The notes beneath the pieces were generated by a model. That model saw nothing but the letters and a program-made list of their open reading frames with translations, had not been told where the DNA came from and did no database searches. A DNA stretch of 63,699 nucleotides, filler included, from Nitrospirae bacterium CG2_30_53_67 (GTDB lineage: Bacteria > CG2-30-53-67): assembly GCA_001873285.1 (NCBI GenBank). It is 6 parts of 6 records of this genome, joined end to end, with 100 filler letters (N's around TTAATTAATTAA, not from the genome) between each part and the next. Parts side by side here need not be neighbours in the genome. Positions count along the whole stretch, not along the records: positions 59,747 to 63,699 come from MNYV01000001.1; 5 more parts are not named here. One strand, 5' to 3'. Within the stretch, counting starts at the first letter, position 1. Each line of letters opens with the position of its first letter. The position numbers and the translations under genes were made by a program. This document shows positions 60,914-63,699 of this stretch, piece by piece.

Positions 60914-61696
60914 ATGCAGAAAGAAAAACAAGACTACATGATCCGATGCGTTTCCAATGCCCTGAATATTCTCGAGTCCTTTACGGAAGATGACGCGGAA
61001 CTCGGTGTGACCGAACTGGGAAAGAGGCTGAACCTCCACAAGAACAACGTGTTCCGGCTTCTGGCAACGCTGGAGATGCACGGTTATATTGAACAGAACA
61101 AGATCTCGGGGAATTACCGTTTGGGCATCAAGCCCCTGAAGCTCGGGAAGGCGTTTCAGCGGCACTGCGGTCTGACCAGTCAATCCAAGGAAATTCTTAG
61201 GGACCTGGTTGCATCCTGCAATGAGACCGTATCCATAGGCGTCTTCAAGGGGGGCAAGGTCATTTATATTGATGTGGAAGAGACCACCAAGTCGGTGCGG
61301 GTCGTCTCCAGGCTGGGTGCAGTCCTGCCGGCCTATTGCACTTCCATTGGAAAGGTCCTGCTTGCCTACAAGTCCGAAAAGGAGATCTCATCGTTTTTCC
61401 AGGAGATCCATTTTAAACCCTACACAACCAAGACGGTCACGGATCAAGAGGCGCTGCTCCGCCAGTTCGATGAGATCCGGCGCCGGGGCTATGCCATCGA
61501 CAATGAGGAATTTGAAGAATCGGTCAAGTGCATTGCCGCACCGGTCCGGGACTATACCCGGAATGTGGTGGCCGGGCTTTCGATCTCAGGGCCTGCGCAT
61601 CGTCTTCCAGAAACCAGAATCCAAAACGAGCTGGTTTCGTTGGTCCTAAACGCAGGCATGGAATTATCCAAAAAGCTGGGGTACGATATTTTATGA
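60914..61696 (+). CDS. IclR family transcriptional regulator
   Basis: N-terminal HTH, PAYCTSIGKVLLA, GYAIDNEE, CIAAPV. Confidence 0.93.
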   Translation: MQKEKQDYMIRCVSNALNILESFTEDDAELGVTELGKRLNLHKNNVFRLLATLEMHGYIEQNKISGNYRLGIKPLKLGKAFQRHCGLTSQSKEILRDLVASCNETVSIGVFKGGKVIYIDVEETTKSVRVVSRLGAVLPAYCTSIGKVLLAYKSEKEISSFFQEIHFKPYTTKTVTDQEALLRQFDEIRRRGYAIDNEEFEESVKCIAAPVRDYTRNVVAGLSISGPAHRLPETRIQNELVSLVLNAGMELSKKLGYDIL

Positions 61697-62475
61697 AAAT
61701 CGCAATCTCCGGAAAAGGCGGCGTAGGCAAGACGACCCTTGCCGGCACTCTGGCTCGGCTCCTCTCGAACCAGGGATTCTCAGTCATTGCCGTGGACGCG
61801 GACCCGGACGCCAATCTGGGCTCGGCCATTGGTTTTACACAGGAAGAGATCAGGCACGTCCAGCCGATTGCCGAGATGTCCCATCTGATCGAGGAACGCA
61901 CAGGCGCGAAGCCGGGCGCCTTGGGCGGGATCTTCAAACTCAATCCCGTGGTCAGCGACATTCCTGAAACCTATTCACTCAAGAAGGATCATATCCGTCT
62001 CCTCACCCTCGGGCGGGCCAAGAAGGGAGGGGCCGGCTGTTACTGCCCCGAAGGGGTCTTCCTTAAGCGGCTTCTTTCCCACCTGATCCTACAAAGTCAT
62101 GAGGTGGTCATCCTCGATATGGAGGCAGGGATCGAACATTTAAGCCGCGGCACCACCGGCGGCGTGGATGCCTTCATCGTCGTGGTCGAACCGGGCAAGA
62201 GAAGCCTGCAGACCGCCTCCGATGTCCGGCGCATGGCGCATGATTTGGGGATAAAATCCATCTTCGTCGTGGGGAACAAGGTCTCAAACCCGGAAGAACT
62301 TGCCTTTCTCAAGAAAGAGTTTTCAGACGATGAATTCCTGGGCGCCCTCTCTTTTGACCGGACGGTGATCGATGCCGACCTCAAGGGGATCTCACCCTAT
62401 GATGCCGGGTCCGGCGTGGTCGCCGAGACGGCAGGAATCCTCGACCGGCTCTTTGTAAAGATAAAGAAGAAATGA
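61693..62475 (+). CDS. cooC: CO dehydrogenase/ACS nickel-insertion ATPase (CooC/AcsF family)
   Basis: MKIAISGKGGVGKTT, DADPDANL, GCYCPE, DMEAGIEHLSRGT. Confidence 0.88.
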   Translation: MKIAISGKGGVGKTTLAGTLARLLSNQGFSVIAVDADPDANLGSAIGFTQEEIRHVQPIAEMSHLIEERTGAKPGALGGIFKLNPVVSDIPETYSLKKDHIRLLTLGRAKKGGAGCYCPEGVFLKRLLSHLILQSHEVVILDMEAGIEHLSRGTTGGVDAFIVVVEPGKRSLQTASDVRRMAHDLGIKSIFVVGNKVSNPEELAFLKKEFSDDEFLGALSFDRTVIDADLKGISPYDAGSGVVAETAGILDRLFVKIKKK

Positions 62476-63077
62476 TCATGGATAAGGCGGCGCTCAGAAA
62501 AGAAATCCTAAAAAAAAGGGACTCCCTCACACGGCAGGAGCGGAGGGACAAGAGCGCAAGGATCATGGAAAGGGTCCTTTCCCTGCCGGAATACGATGCC
62601 GCCCGTTCGGTATTTATCTATGCGGATTTCCGAAGCGAGGTGATGACCCGTGACCTGATGGCCCATGCCCTGAAGCATGGCAAACGCGTGCTTGCATCCA
62701 AGACACTCATTCCGGAGAAACGTCTTGCGCTGACCGACATCCTCGACCCGGAGCGCGATCTGGTCCCCGGCTACATGGGAATCCCGGAACCCAGGGATGG
62801 GATCTTCAGGGACATCCCCTGTACGGAGGTGGATCTGGTCCTGACGCCCTGCGTGGGTTACGATGATCAAGGGAACCGGCTTGGCTACGGGGCCGGATAT
62901 TATGACCGGCTTTTTGAATCCGTGCGGGAGGATGCCGTCCGGATCGGCCTGGCCTTTGAGGTGCAGATTGCGCCTGAGATCCCTTCAGAAAACCATGACG
63001 TGACGATCCCCATTATTGTCACCGAGGACCGCGTGATCCGTGTGGCGCCTCTCTCTTCAGAAACAAATTGCGTTTAA
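62472..63077 (+). CDS. 5-formyltetrahydrofolate cyclo-ligase
   Basis: KAALRK, GIPEP, RLGYGAGYYDR, HDV. Confidence 0.92.
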   Translation: MIMDKAALRKEILKKRDSLTRQERRDKSARIMERVLSLPEYDAARSVFIYADFRSEVMTRDLMAHALKHGKRVLASKTLIPEKRLALTDILDPERDLVPGYMGIPEPRDGIFRDIPCTEVDLVLTPCVGYDDQGNRLGYGAGYYDRLFESVREDAVRIGLAFEVQIAPEIPSENHDVTIPIIVTEDRVIRVAPLSSETNCV

Positions 63078-63699
63078 AGCTGATCAATCCGATCAATCCG
63101 CTTCCAAAGAGGAAGATGGTGGAAGGCTCCGGCACAACAGGCGTTCCGATAAAAGCGTGCATCCCGCTGCCGTCATAGTATGTTCCGACAATCTGATCGG
63201 CATCATTGATCTTAATCACCCGGGTTTCCGTGGCGCCGGGGACTGCTATCATGGAATAGGTCCCATTATATATAAAACTATGATAGATCCCATTGTCCAT
63301 ATACCTTCCCACGATCTTGTCCGCGTTATTGATATCCGTAAACCTCGTCTCACTGCTGCCCAGGATGTCAAACGTGGAATAGGATCCGCCATTATACAAG
63401 AAACCGTGGGTTCCATTTGCGTCGCCGTAGGTTCCCGCAATCTTTCCGGCGTCGTTGATACCTTCGGCCAAGGTATTACCGGAACCGGGGGCATGCAGGA
63501 TGTTAAAAACACCTCCAGTACGAACATAACCGTAGAAGAATCCATCCGTGTCCCAGTACCTCCCCACCATCACATCGAAATTATTGATATCTTCCGCCAG
63601 GGAATCAACCACATTACTACCCGGAGGATCAATGGGATAGGACCAGTTCCCATCATATAGGAAACTATGGTGGGCGCCATCGATGCTCTTGTCGTAGGA
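63019..63699 (-). CDS. PEP-CTERM surface protein with short beta repeats; 5' end lies outside the window
   Basis: Repeated IN..G.IVG.Y...HGF units; VPEPSTIFLFGSGLIGL followed by a basic tail. Confidence 0.85.
   Translation of the reverse strand, partial: SYDKSIDGAHHSFLYDGNWSYPIDPPGSNVVDSLAEDINNFDVMVGRYWDTDGFFYGYVRTGGVFNILHAPGSGNTLAEGINDAGKIAGTYGDANGTHGFLYNGGSYSTFDILGSSETRFTDINNADKIVGRYMDNGIYHSFIYNGTYSMIAVPGATETRVIKINDADQIVGTYYDGSGMHAFIGTPVVPEPSTIFLFGSGLIGLISFKRNLFLKREAPHGSRGPR

Overview
The window consists of six assembly pieces from a GC-rich bacterium whose gene order looks deltaproteobacterial (inference). They are joined by N-runs carrying an artificial TTAATTAATTAA linker, so adjacency across the gaps means nothing. 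Most of it is housekeeping: gatC-panD-gatA-gatB; tRNA-Pro-surE-pcm-yqaA; the lptCAB-rpoN-hpf-ptsN-hprK-rapZ-mannose-family PTS-ptsH-ptsI cluster; fabDG-acpP-fabF-rnc; two surface-polysaccharide clusters; a sigma54 regulator-flhG-fliA-cheYAB-MCP-cheW cluster; an AddA-like helicase-nuclease; and IclR-cooC-5-formylTHF cyclo-ligase. The intergenic DNA is crowded with small mobile or palindromic elements. The most striking feature is at 7805-8270: an intact four-helix-bundle (23S rRNA-IVS/bAvd-like) gene, flanked by complementary heptamer repeats, sits in the +1 frame inside a DNA-methyltransferase-like ORF whose own frame stays open through the whole ~155-codon insert. A related observation is a 7-copy MITE family with ~28-bp TIRs and 8-bp target duplications, two copies of which carry internally deleted four-helix-bundle genes. 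Other points of interest are a WecA/TagO priming transferase fused to a degenerate GGDEF domain with an intact RxxD site, a second MITE family that supplies C-termini to two genes, a RAYT-like element whose ends supply neighbouring start and stop codons, and a RAYT-IS91 chimeric transposase. All family assignments come from motif recognition only; no database searches were run.
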